This document shows, piece by piece, positions 39,541 to 50,664 of a stretch of 64,000 nt of DNA. This DNA is from the human T2T-CHM13v2.0 reference genome, Homo sapiens. A program made the position numbers and the translations under genes. The notes under the pieces were generated by a model, which saw only the letters and a program-made list of their open reading frames with translations, did not search any database and had not been told where the DNA came from. Within the stretch, counting starts at the first letter, position 1. Every line of letters starts with the position of its first letter. The stretch lies in NCBI RefSeq assembly GCF_009914755.1, contig NC_060939.1. One strand, 5' to 3'.

Positions 39541-40149
39541 TCCCTGCTGCCTCGTGGAAGTGCCAGGCAGTTCGAAGAGGCAGCCCGGTGAGCAGATGGG
39601 GTGGGCAGGGGGTGGCAGAGAGAGGCAGCAGTTATGGGGTGGGAGGGAGAAGGCGACACAAAGAAAGGATAAAGAGAGCAGCAGAGACAGCTGAATGGAC
39701 ATGGGAACCCTGCAGGGGCCAGAAGAAGGCAGCTCTGGAAGCCACCCTCCTGATCAACGCAAGGCCCGCAAGGCCACCCTGGTGCCATCTGCCCCTCAGA
39801 TCTAGCCACTAGTGTTCCCTGGGCTCATCCCCAGATGCCCAGGCCCAAGGAGCCCCCAATCATTGAGAGTGCTCCCCAATCATTAAAGGCATCCCCCACT
39901 CGTTGAAGGCCCCAGGTCAGGCCCTGTGGGCCAGCTCTGGGGCAGGGAAATGGGTTGAGGGAGTAGAGGGGCCAGCTCTGGCCCTGGGCAAGGCCATCTG
40001 CCCAGCCTCCCCCTGCCCCAGCCTGGCTGGAGTGTCCAGCCACCCAGGCTGCCCACCATGCCGGCCGATCTGTGGCTGAGCTCTGGGCCAGCCAGGTGTT
40101 CCCGAGGCCGGCTGGCAGCCCAGCACCATCAGCCTGTCCCCAGAGCATG

Positions 40150-40470
40150 CAAGGTTTAAGCAACAGCCTTTCCACTGAACATTTTAGAAGAAAAATATCT
40201 TTTTTTTTTTTTTTTTCAAGAGAGAGAAACGGAGGGAGGAGGAAACTGGCAAGGGAGGAGGAGGGAAGGAGGAAGGGAGAAACCTACCCCATCATTGCAG
40301 TCAAGGTCACAGGCACCGGCACAGGGCGGGCTGGGCAAGGAGCCTTTAATCTGGGAGTTCAGGCTGAGGAAACTACACGCTTGAAGCCGGAGTACATTAC
40401 TGCCCTGAATGATCTGTCGGCTTCTATTAGGCTAAATATCTCTGTATAATGGGGAATTATCCTCTGAAGA
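40150..40470. promoter_or_regulatory. Candidate conserved enhancer
   Basis: TTAATCT, CATTAC, TATTAG, TATAATGG, GAATTATC and TCAAGGTCA (NR5A/ERR-type) in unique sequence. Confidence 0.35.
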
Positions 40471-41384
40471 GGCAAACTGCCGGCCTCTCCAGGGAGGGGG
40501 CGGTGGGAACCTCGCATCGTGAGGGCTCTCCCACGGTGGGGAGGGGGGAGCAGGACCGACTCAGAAAGCCAACCCCGTCCCACACCCCCACCCTGGAGAG
40601 TCACAGCCAGCAGCTGCTTTGATGTTTGTGGCGGGTGCCCGCCTCCCTTCCCTCCACCCCGGACTCTCCTCTTACTCCCTCCATAAGAGCCTGGAATGAT
40701 GCCAGACCTGGGTGGAGGCCTGACAAGGCCACTGGTCAGCCAGGTGACCCCGGGCAAGTCCCTGAGCCTCTTGGAATCTCCGTCTTCCTGTCTCTTAGAT
40801 GGAGCTAATAATACCCGCCCGAAGGCTGGCTGTGCCGGGGGTGAGCGCGAAGCTGGCATGGAGCCCAGCACAGAGTGGACAGCCTGCTCTGCCCACCGCG
40901 GAGGGCCCCCCTATCCTCCTCATCCTCACTGGCTCACCCAGGGCACCACCACCTCCTCCAGGAAACCCTCCCTGCCCCCTATCTCTGGGTGTCTCACACC
41001 CTGGGCACCTACAGCCAGAACCCCACCTCCGGGCCCTCCGTTTCCAGTGGCTGAGTAGGAGCTTCAGTTTTAGGAGACTCCCCTGAGCAGAACCGACCCC
41101 TCTTCATCTTCCCAACCCCCACCCACACACTCAGGACTGGGTACCGGGGCCTGCCCCAATTTGCAGGCTTAGAGTCAGGGGTTAGGGTGGCACCACAGGC
41201 ATGGGCGGGGCCCACAGATGGGTGACACTCATGGGAAGGTGGTCAGCACCAGGGCAGCCGGGCCAGGAAGCCAGAAATCCCAGGACAGGGGTCTGCGAGA
41301 GCAGGGTAATAGCTGGACCATCAGCAGGACTGGCTAAGGCACAAGGCAGGGCTTGGGGCCAGGTCAGAGGAGCAGAGAGGAGGG

Positions 41385-41447
41385 CAGGAGCTTAAGGCTG
41401 CCGTGAGCTGTGATCATGCCACTGCACTCCAGCCTGGGCAATAGAGC
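41385..41447 (+). mobile_element. Alu 3' fragment without A tail
   Basis: aggctgccgtgagctgtgatcatgccactgcactccagcctgggcaatagagc. Confidence 0.8.
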
Positions 41448-41879
41448 CGGGGCTCAGTGCCAGGTTCCTGGTGCAGGGCTGTGTAGGGGCTGGAGCAGCT
41501 CAGGCCAGGAAAGGTCTTCGGGGTCAGGCGGGGGCAGAACTGACCTGTACGTGTGTCAGATGATGGTGGCAGGGTGGGGATCAGGGCACAAGGTGACAAG
41601 GTTCTGCAGACCCCAGGCTCTGTTCTCAGGGCTCCTATGCCACCCTCAACCTGTAGTAAATCCCTGGAATGGTTCAAAACCCCTTGCTGCAGATGCAGCC
41701 ACTGCTGTTGCAGGGCCTGCGGGTGGGGACAATTCCAGGGTAAGACGCCTAGAGCCCAGTAGGACACACAGAAAGGAGGCCAACTCCAGGACAGGTCAGA
41801 GGCATGCTGTGTTACCCACTCCCCTCAGTAGGCCCAAAGGTCCAGCCCAGAGTTCCCACAGCCTGGGGGAGCTGCCAGT

Positions 41880-42500
41880 TCACTCATTCATTCACTCATT
41901 CATTCACTCATTCATTCAGCAAATGCCCTCTAATGCTTTCTGTGAATTAAGGGTACAAACACCCTGAGCAGGGTGTGGGGTGGAGCACAGGAAGGTGAGA
42001 GATGACAACTCGGGTGCTGTGTGAAAGCGGGAGCCTGAGGGGCTGTGGAAACAGGGTAGTGGGCATCTGATCCAGGGCTGCGGTTTGGGAAAGGCTTCCG
42101 GGATGAAAGGATCTTTGAAGGGGTATTAAAGGAAAACGAGTTGGGCTTGGAAGCAGTGGGGAAGGGCACCGCAGACTGCACCAGTGACAAGGCCCAGTGT
42201 CTGGAGAGGGAGAAAGCCCCCTCCTTCAGGCAGGGCCTAGTAGGCACCAAGAGGGATGGAGCTCTCATCCTAGGAGCCAGCAGGAGCTTGAAGTTCTAAG
42301 TGGGGAGTACCCAGAGTCTGGATTCGTGCTTCAGAAAGATCATTGCAGCCGCCACCTGGGGGAGGATGGATTTCAGGCAGGCGGAAGGACAGGAGGAAGT
42401 GAGTTAGGAATGAGGCAGTGGCCAGGGGAGAGGTGGGGTACAGCAATATAGAGGAGGGCGGATGAGGGAGGGTTCTGGGAGGCAGAAACTGCAAAGTGAG
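41880..42500 (-). mobile_element. L2 3' end with (TTCA)n tail
   Basis: cactcattcattcactcattcattcactcattcattcagcaaat...gggaaaggcttcc...agaaagatcattgcagc. Confidence 0.7.
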
Positions 42501-43477
42501 GACGGCAGTTACAATCCACAGTGCCAGCGTCCCACTGAGCATCCCCCACGCCTTCTGTCCAAACAGCATCTTTAACTCTGTAAAAAATCCATTAGTTACT
42601 TTGATCTGCACAACACTCAGGTGAGGCAGCCAGGCCAGGAATTCACTGCTTACTTAGTTCATTAATTCAACAAGCATGTGTTGAGTGCCTACTACGTTCC
42701 AGGCACCATTCTGGCCCACCCAACAGAAGGAAAAACTAAGACTCACAGACGCTGCCCAAGTTCTACAGGAGTGACCAGGACCTACTACTGGTTTGGGAAC
42801 CCCGATGCCCCGTGTAGTTGGGGAAGGGGCGGGGTCACACACCAGGCAGGAGCTGTGGAAAGGGAATGCCTGACAGTGGGGCTGGCTCATGGTCCTCCGG
42901 GGCAGGGATGAGCCTCAGTCTGGAGGAGAAGCACCTCTTCCTCCAAGGCGGGAATGGGAAACCAGAGAGACATAGTGGGGTGGAAGGAGGCACAGTCGCT
43001 GGGAGAGGCTGACCTTCATGGGCTGGAGGCTGGAAAGGGTGAGGGGACAGAGATCAGGAATGGCAGGGCCATTAGGCCCAGCGGACTGTGGGCAGGGCCA
43101 GAGGGTGAGAAGGGTCGGGTGGGCACAGCAGGAGGATCGGGAGCAGGGCTGCCTTTTTGAAAGTGCCTGCAGTGAGAGGGGAGACGTGCAGGCAGAGTCC
43201 CTGAGTCCCTGCGGACAAGAGCAGGCCCCTGGACTGCCCTAGTGGGTGCCCCGTGCAGTGGCCTTAGGCTGCTCTGTGCTCAATAGGAGGCTACGGAGCC
43301 GAGAGAAGGAAGACCTTCCTCAGAGGTGGCTCCTAAGGGTCCAGGGATGTGTCAGGAAAGGCCAAGGGCAGCCTGACTGCCTCCTGAGCTCACTCACGCT
43401 GCCACGACAGGAGCTGCTGGTCAACTCCTCCTCTCCATTTCCCCCAAGTCCAGCCCTATCTACCCCCAACATTAGCA

Positions 43478-43620
43478 TTCGCTGCTGAGGACCTTGGTAG
43501 TCCCCTCGTTTCCCTGGGCCCCACTCTCTTCATTAGCAAACTGGGGTGGCTCCAACCTCACCGATGGTCAGGAAAGCACGAGCCCAGACCCTGCACACAG
43601 TAAGTGCATACTAACCGTCA
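43478..43620 (+). mobile_element. MIR 3' half leading into the VNTR
   Basis: gaccttgg..gtcccct..ttccctgggcccca..ctcttcattagcaaactgggg...gaaagcac..gcccagaccctgcacacagtaagtgc parallels MIR ...gtaaagcgcttagaacagtgcctggcacatagtaagcgc. Confidence 0.6.
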
Positions 43621-46113
43621 TCCCTACACACAGTAAATACATACTAACCATCATCCCCCGCACACAGTAAGTGCATACTAACCATCATCAGCACACAATA
43701 AGCACATACTAACCATCATCCCCACACACAGTAAGTGCATACAAACCATCCCCACATAGTAAACACATACTAACCACCACCTGCACACAGTAAGCACATA
43801 CTAACCATCATCTCCACACACAATAAGCACATACTATTATCCCCACACACAGTAAGTGCATACTAACCATCCCTGCACACAGTAAAGCACATACTAACCA
43901 TCCCCGCACACAGTAAACACATACTAACCATCATCTGCACAAACTAAACACATACTAACCATCATCTGCATACAGTAAGCACATACTAACCATCATCTGC
44001 ACACAGTAAGCACATACTAACCATCATTCCCACACACAATAAGCACATACTAACCATCACCTGCACACAGTAAGCACATACTAACCATCACCTGCACACA
44101 GTAAGTACATACTAACCATCACCTGCACACAGTAAGCACATACTAACCATCACCTGCACACAGCACATACTAACCATCACCTGCACACAGTAAGCACATA
44201 CTAACCATCACCTGCACACAGTAAGCACATACTAACCATCATCTGCACACAGTAAGCACATACTAACCATCATCTGCACACAGTAAACACATACTAACCA
44301 TCTGCACACAGTAAGCACATACTAACCATCATTCCCACACACAGTAAGCACATACTAACCATCACCTGCACACAGTAAGCACATACTAACCATCACCTGC
44401 ATACAGTAAGCACATACTAACCATCACCTGCACACAGTAAGCACATACTAACCATCACCTGCACACAGTAAGCACATACTAACCATCACCTGCACACAGT
44501 AAGCACATACTAACCACCACCTGCACACAGTAAGCACATACTAACCATCACCTGCACACAGTAAGCACATACTAACCATCACCTGCACACAGTAAGCACA
44601 TACTAACCATCACCTGCACACAGTAAGCACATACTAACCATCATCTGCACACAGTAAGCACATACTAACCATCATCTGCACACAGTAAGCACATACTAAC
44701 CATCATCCGCACACAGTAAGCACATACTAACCATCATCCCCACACAGTAAGCACATACTAACCGTCATCCCCACACACAGTAAGTGCATCCTAACCATCC
44801 CCCCACACAGTAAACACATACTAACCATCTTCTGCACACAGTAATCACATACTAACCATCATCCCCGCACACAGTAAGCACATACTAACCACCATCCCCA
44901 CACACAGTAAGCACATACTAACCACCGTCCCCACACACAGTAAGCACATACTAGCCATCATCCCTGCACACAGTAAGCACATACTAACCACCATCCCCAC
45001 ACACAGTAAGCACATACTAACCATCATCCCCACACACAGTAAGCACATACTAACCACCATCCCCGCACACAGTAAGCACATACTAACCATCATCCACACA
45101 CAGTAAGTGCATACTAACCATCATCCCCACACACAGTAAGTGCATACTAACTGTCATCTCTGCACACGGTAAGCACATATTAACCATCATCCACACACAG
45201 TAAGTGCATACTAACCATCCCCGCACACAGTAAACACATACTATCATCTGCACACAGTAAGCACATACTAACCATCCCTGCACACAGTAAACACATACTA
45301 ACCATCATCTGCACACAGTAAACACATACTAACCATCATCTGCACACAGTAAACACATACTAACCATCATCCGCACACAGTAAGCACATACGAACCACCA
45401 TCCGCACACAGTAAGCACATACTAACCACCATCCCCACACAGTAAGCACATACTAACCACCATCCCCACACACAGTAAGCACATACTAACCACCATCCCC
45501 ACACACAGTAAGCACATACTAACCATCATTCCTGCACAGTAAGCACAGACTAACCACCATCCCCACACACAGTAAGCACATACTAACCACCATCCCCGCA
45601 CATAGTAAGCACATACTAACCATCATCCCCACACAGTAAGCACATACCAACCACCATCCCCCCACACAGTAAGTACATACTAACCACCATCCCCCCACAC
45701 AGTAAGCACATACTAACCACCATCCCCACACATAGTAAGCACATACTAACCATCATCCCCACACACAGTAAGCACATACCAACCACCATCCCCACACACA
45801 GTAAGTACATACTAACCACCATCCCCCCACACAGTAAGCACATACTAACCATCATCCCCGCACACAGTAAGCACAGTAAGTGCATACTGTCATCTCTGTG
45901 CACAGTAAGCACATACTAACCATCATCCACACACAGTTAAGTGCATACTAACCATCCCCGCACACAGTAAGCACATATTAACCATCATCTGCACACAGTA
46001 ATCGCATACTAACCATCATCCCCACACACAGTAAGCACATACCATCATCCCTGCACACAGTAAGTGCATACTAACTGTGATCTCTGCACACAGTAAGCAC
46101 ATACTAACCATCA
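43591..46113 (+). repeat. 2.5-kb VNTR, ~28-34-bp units, consensus CTGCACACAGTAAGCACATACTAACCATCAY, roughly 80 units
   Basis: Read directly; homogeneous 31-bp block at ~44050-44640; 33-bp CCCCACACACAG variants at ~44860-45100 and ~45420-45850. Confidence 0.97.
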
Positions 46114-47389
46114 TTCCCCCCCTCTACCTCCCTGGTGGCAGGGCCCCTTACAGCCCAGTCCTCAGCATCCCCAGTGTCTCAAACACACTAAGTGCTCAAT
46201 TAACTTTATGGGCTAAGTTTACCTGCTAACCAGCTGTTAGCAATGTGATCAGGTCAGAATTCTGCCCATTGGACCCAGTAGGGAAGGGGCTGAGAGGAAG
46301 GAGGACTTGACAGATGCCTCAGGGTGCAAGGAAGGAGTCAGCAGAGGCCAAAGTAACAGGGATGGTAGAGGCCCTGCTGTCACCACACACGTTAGCATTC
46401 TCAGGGTTTCAGGAGGTGGCTGGGGAACCAGCAGAGGGGAGGGCTGAGGGCAGGGCACTCCCAGGTAGAGGGTCCCTTGGCAGATTGGCCTCCTGCCCAT
46501 CAAACCTGCTCCCGGCCTCCTCAGGGCACCTTCAGCCCTGAGAGCTCCTCCCCCCAACACACCTCTCCCTACCTTGGAATCTATCCCACTGTCTACCAAG
46601 CTCTCCCCTAATAAGAGCATTGCAGAGAAACTGAAAAAAGTCAAAAGAAGTTGCCTACTCTGGGAGAAGGGGCAGAGCTGGGAAGATTTCACAGAGGTGG
46701 CAGCTTTTCAACTGTGTGGGCCTCACCTAGCCCCTCTGTGAAATGGGATTTCTCTACTATGATGACAACAACTCTTACTACTACCACTACTAATAGTTAA
46801 AGCGTTTCGGGCACATACCCTGTGCCAGGCTCTGTGTGAGTACTCAGACAAATGGAGGCAGAGCTGAAGCCAAACCTGACCCTCCTAACTCTTAGTTTGG
46901 CTGGACTGGCTGGTGGAGGAGGTGACTGGGGCCCGAGCCTTGGGCCAGCTGCAGGCGGGGTGGTAGGTGGGGTCGGTGTTACCAGTGGTCAAAGTCTCCG
47001 AGTTGTATTACTCCAAGTGTTTTTCACATCACTGCAAGTAGCTGCTCCTGCTAAACCTGGGTGAGCAGGGGCGGGTAGGGGAGGGAATCTTCCAGAACCA
47101 AGCCAGAGCCAGCAAGGTCAGGGGTTGCAGATGGCTGCAGCAGCTCAGCTTGGTCCCCTCACAGTGTTAAAAACACTGGTGCTATGTGCGGCCTGCTACC
47201 CGCAGCCTCTCCCTTCCTGTCTTCCACAGGACAACCTCACCCACGGACCAGGCTTCAGCTCTTGGTCTAAACAGGCAGGAGTGGGTGGGAGGCCAGCATC
47301 ACCATGGAAGAGGGACCAGGGGCAGGAGGAAAGCGGCAGTGTCCCCTGCTATGTGCACTCCTACACTGAAACCACACACTGTGGGATAG

Positions 47390-47510
47390 GTGTTCTTATT
47401 CCCACTTGACAAATGAAGAAACTGAGGCTCTGAGGCATATGTCCCTTGCCCAAGGTCAGGGGAAATGACAGAGCTGGGATGCACACTTAGCACTGTCTGG
47501 TTCTAAAGGA
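47390..47510 (-). mobile_element. MIR fragment
   Basis: attcccacttgacaaatgaagaaactgaggctc...cttgcccaaggtca...gacagagctgggat. Confidence 0.75.
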
Positions 47511-47833
47511 CAAGGAGATGCCAAAGGCTGAAAGGTGAATGACACAGGAATTGGGTGCATCTCAAACATAACCAACAGGCCTGGGGGGTCTTTTTGGGGG
47601 AACCCTTCCTGGCTCTCCTCTCAGTGGCTGCAGGTCATCCCAAGCCCAGGGCCAAGGTGGTCTGGCAGCCTGAGGAGATGAGGAGAAAAGAGGCAAAGGA
47701 GAGTGAGAGAGGTCTCTTCTTTGGCTTCCAGCAGCTCTATACCCACCAAATTCCTGCCCCAAAGCATCCCACCTCCCTGGCGGGGTGGGAACCCCGGAGG
47801 CCCCAAGTTGATCAAGAGGCCTGAGAAGGCTTG

Positions 47834-48263
47834 TGATATAGTTTGGGTGTCTGTCGCCTCCAAATAGCATGCTGAAATGTGACCTCCTGTGTTGGAGGTG
47901 GGGCCTGGTGGAAGATGTTTGGGTCATAGGGGCAGATCATTTATGAATGGCTTGGTGCCCTTCTCGCCCTCTAACGAGTAACAAGTTCTCACTCTATTAG
48001 TTCCCATGAGAACTGATTGTTAAAAAGAGCCTGGCACCTCCCTCCACCCATGGCTCCCTCACTTCCTTTCTCTTGTCATGCGATGCCAGCTCCCCTTTGC
48101 TCTCTGGCACGAGTGGAAGCTCCCTGAAGCCCCCTCCCCTGATGCAGATGCCAGCACCATGCTTGTACGGCCTGCAGAACCATGACCCAAACATACTCCT
48201 TTTCTTTATAAATTACTCAGCCTCAGGTATTCCTTTAGAGTAACACACAAACGGACTAAGAGA
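47834..48263 (+). mobile_element. MST (MSTB-like) MaLR solo LTR
   Basis: tgatatagtttgg...gttggaggtggggcctggtgg...ctttataaattactcagcctcaggtattccttta...cggactaaga; 5-bp TSD GCTTG at 47829 and 48264. Confidence 0.9.
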
Positions 48264-48364
48264 GCTTGCATGGGGCCAGGAGTTTGGGGGTGTGGTTTAA
48301 GAGAGATGAAGGCCCAGCTGAGAGCTAGGACCCAAGCCACCTGGGGGCTGAGGCTAGTAGAGGG

Positions 48365-48630
48365 TGTCAGGGAGGCCCAAGAGAACAGGTGTCACAGATG
48401 GTGCCTGAAGGCCCACACTAGAGCTTCATTCCTTTGGGTGCTCCAAGGTGTTTAGTTCCCCTAAGGCTTTTGCACCTGGGAGAGGCAACAACTAGGAATA
48501 TTGGCAGTGGATGGTAGGGCTGTGGGGCTCTACCCCATCCTCCACTAACACACTGTTTCTTGGCTCAAGTGTCTTGCCCTCTCTGGTTCCTAGTCATCCT
48601 GTCTGCAACATGAAGTGTCCAGGCCTACAG
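48365..48630 (+). repeat. Local direct duplication, copy 1
   Basis: tgtcagg.aggcccaagagaacag...ctaggaatattggcagtgg...actaacacact...caagtgtctt...tctgcaacat..gtgtccaggcctacag recurs at 49627. Confidence 0.9.
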
Positions 48631-49011
48631 GCTGGGGGACACCTGCATCAGGCGGGTGGAAAGGCTCCAGACAAGCTGCCTCTCCCCATGCCAAGGGGAA
48701 GTGCTGACCCTGTTACAGCACCTGCCATTCCTGAGGGATCATGTGCCTGGGGTCAGGTATCACAGATGACCCCACCCTCCACCCCAGGGGCCTGGGGAGG
48801 AGGCTTTGCCTCCTTCAGTTGGTGTTCCCATTTGGAAAGCCTCAACAAAACACAGGCTGCATGCTCAGCACAACATGCCATGGCCTTCCTGCACCCTCTC
48901 AATGAGACCGTGATGCAGGTATCAGTATTCTAATTCTCTAGGTAAGGAAACTGAGGCTCAGACCAAAGTGGCCAGAAAGAGTTGCAGACCGGCCCCATGG
49001 TGGTGGTTTGG

Positions 49012-49032
49012 TTCAGCACCCCGGACAGCTGC
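49012..49032 (+). promoter_or_regulatory. REST/NRSF binding site (RE1/NRSE)
   Basis: TTCAGCACCCCGGACAGCTGC compared with consensus TTCAGCACCACGGACAGCGCC: 18/21, both half-sites and the 2-bp spacer intact. Confidence 0.75.
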
Positions 49033-49626
49033 CTTCCTGACTACCTGACTACCTCCAGTCTGCCTGGGCTACACACACACACACCAATGGCTAAGCTTGC
49101 TCTTCCCAATCCCTGATCCTATCTAAACTCCACCCAGCTTTTCCCAGCAGCTTCAGCGGCATGGCTGTGTTCTGTGCCATACAGCACTGAGACTTCAACA
49201 ATGCAGCTCTTGCTCCCTAATACTTCTTCTGACTTAAATCTCATTCTCCCAGCAGCTCCTGGAGGGCAGGCAACAGTCTCTTTCCTTCTTTCTGTGACAC
49301 AGTCCGGCCACACAGAGGGGACTGGAGAGAACCCACTGGCTTTGGACCAGGCAGATGTGAATGAGAACTGAGCTGGGAACTGCTGAGCACATTGCTTTGC
49401 CTTACTGAGCTTCAGATCCCCCAGCTGTGAAGCAAACTGCTCTGTCCATCTCGCAGGCTCGCAGATAAGCCACGGCAAGGGGCTACTCCTTCTTCATGTC
49501 AGCAGGGGCCTCCTTCCAACTCTCCCTGAGTCCCTTCCTCCTGGAACTTCACTTAAATTCTGGACCAGTTCCCCCATGAAATTTTCCAAATGACTCACAA
49601 ATGGGGGGATTCTTGTAACTGAGAAA

Positions 49627-49876
49627 TGTCAGGAAGGCCCAAGAGAACAGCTGGTATAGTGCCTAGAGTCCCACTCTTAGAACGTGATTGTTTCGTGTCC
49701 TCGTGGGTTTTCAGTTCCTACGAGGGTTTTGAGCCAGGAGGAGGGAACACCTAGGAATATTGGCAGTGGGAGGTAGGGTTCTGGGCCCCTCCACTACTAA
49801 CACACTTTGTGTCTTGGAACAAGTGTCTTTCCCTTCTCTGAACCTCATCTGCAACATAAGGTGTCCAGGCCTACAG
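49627..49876 (+). repeat. Local direct duplication, copy 2
   Basis: Collinear, diverged copy of 48365-48630. Confidence 0.9.
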
Positions 49877-50339
49877 CAGGAGGGGTGGCAATCTTCCCAC
49901 CACTTCCTGGAAGCAAAGGAAGAAATGCTTGTGGGGTGATGTCAGGCATGCTGGGAAGGACCCTCCAGAGCTCCAAAATCCAGGACCACAATGCTCAAAA
50001 TGCCTCCAATGGGGCTGACACATTCCTTTAATCTCTAACAGAGAAGCCCGATCCTTGGGGTTTATGGGACCCTACAGACAGGCTATGCCCAGTCCCCAGC
50101 TGCTGGTGACAGGACCTGCCTGCATGCCTCAGACCTTGCAGGAAGGTCTCCTTGTCCATCCTCAGGCCTAGTTGGCCTTCCTAGGAAGTTTTGGCTTAAG
50201 TAAGGCTGAACTCACAGTCCCCAGTCTAGGCAGAAAGAGGAAGAAGATTCTATGGGGGACCCATAGGAAGAGAGCTCTGCCAAAGGTCCCTCTACCCCAG
50301 GGAGAAATGCTGAGGGACCCTGAAAAGGAATAAAGGGAC

Positions 50340-50470
50340 AAGGAGTTTGAGTCCGGGCTCTCCCACTTAACTAGCTGTGACCTCAGAAAGACACTTTATC
50401 TTTTGAGTTCCAGTTTCCTCATCATCCTGTAAGATGAGGGCAATAATACCCACCATCAGTCCACAGGGTG
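50340..50470 (+). mobile_element. MIR fragment
   Basis: gagtttgagtccgggctctcccacttaactagctgtgacct...cagtttcctcatc..ctgtaagatgaggg. Confidence 0.8.
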
Positions 50471-50664
50471 CCTCACACATGGCAAGTTCTGAAGGATCTG
50501 CAGAAGCTACGACCATTCAAGCTTCTGCTCATCAAGGCTCAGAGAGGTGGCATCAGTCTTGAGCACTTGACTAACAGGCCCCATGGGAGAGACAAGCAGA
50601 GAGCTCAGAGGGAGTGTGGATGAGGCAGGGCCTCCAATCTGCCCCTGAGGCTACACATAGAGCA

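Noticed and set aside
41243-41260. Second RE1-like site TCAGCACCAGGGCAG (also half-sites at ~2750, 11521, 20927, 21990)
   Set aside because: Wrong spacer or missing right half-site.
41160-41600. Possible third copy of the 24-bp minisatellite (ggggctcagtg, ggatcagggc words); similar words at ~35100-35230
   Set aside because: Only isolated words; no consistent 24-bp period could be established.
44845-45912. Minus-strand ORFs with MCLLCVGMVVS repeats
   Set aside because: Translation of the 33-bp VNTR variants; frames break wherever the unit length changes.
43591-46113. CRISPR-like appearance of the ~30-bp repeat array
   Set aside because: Units are head-to-tail with no unique spacers, there are no cas genes, and the DNA is mammalian.
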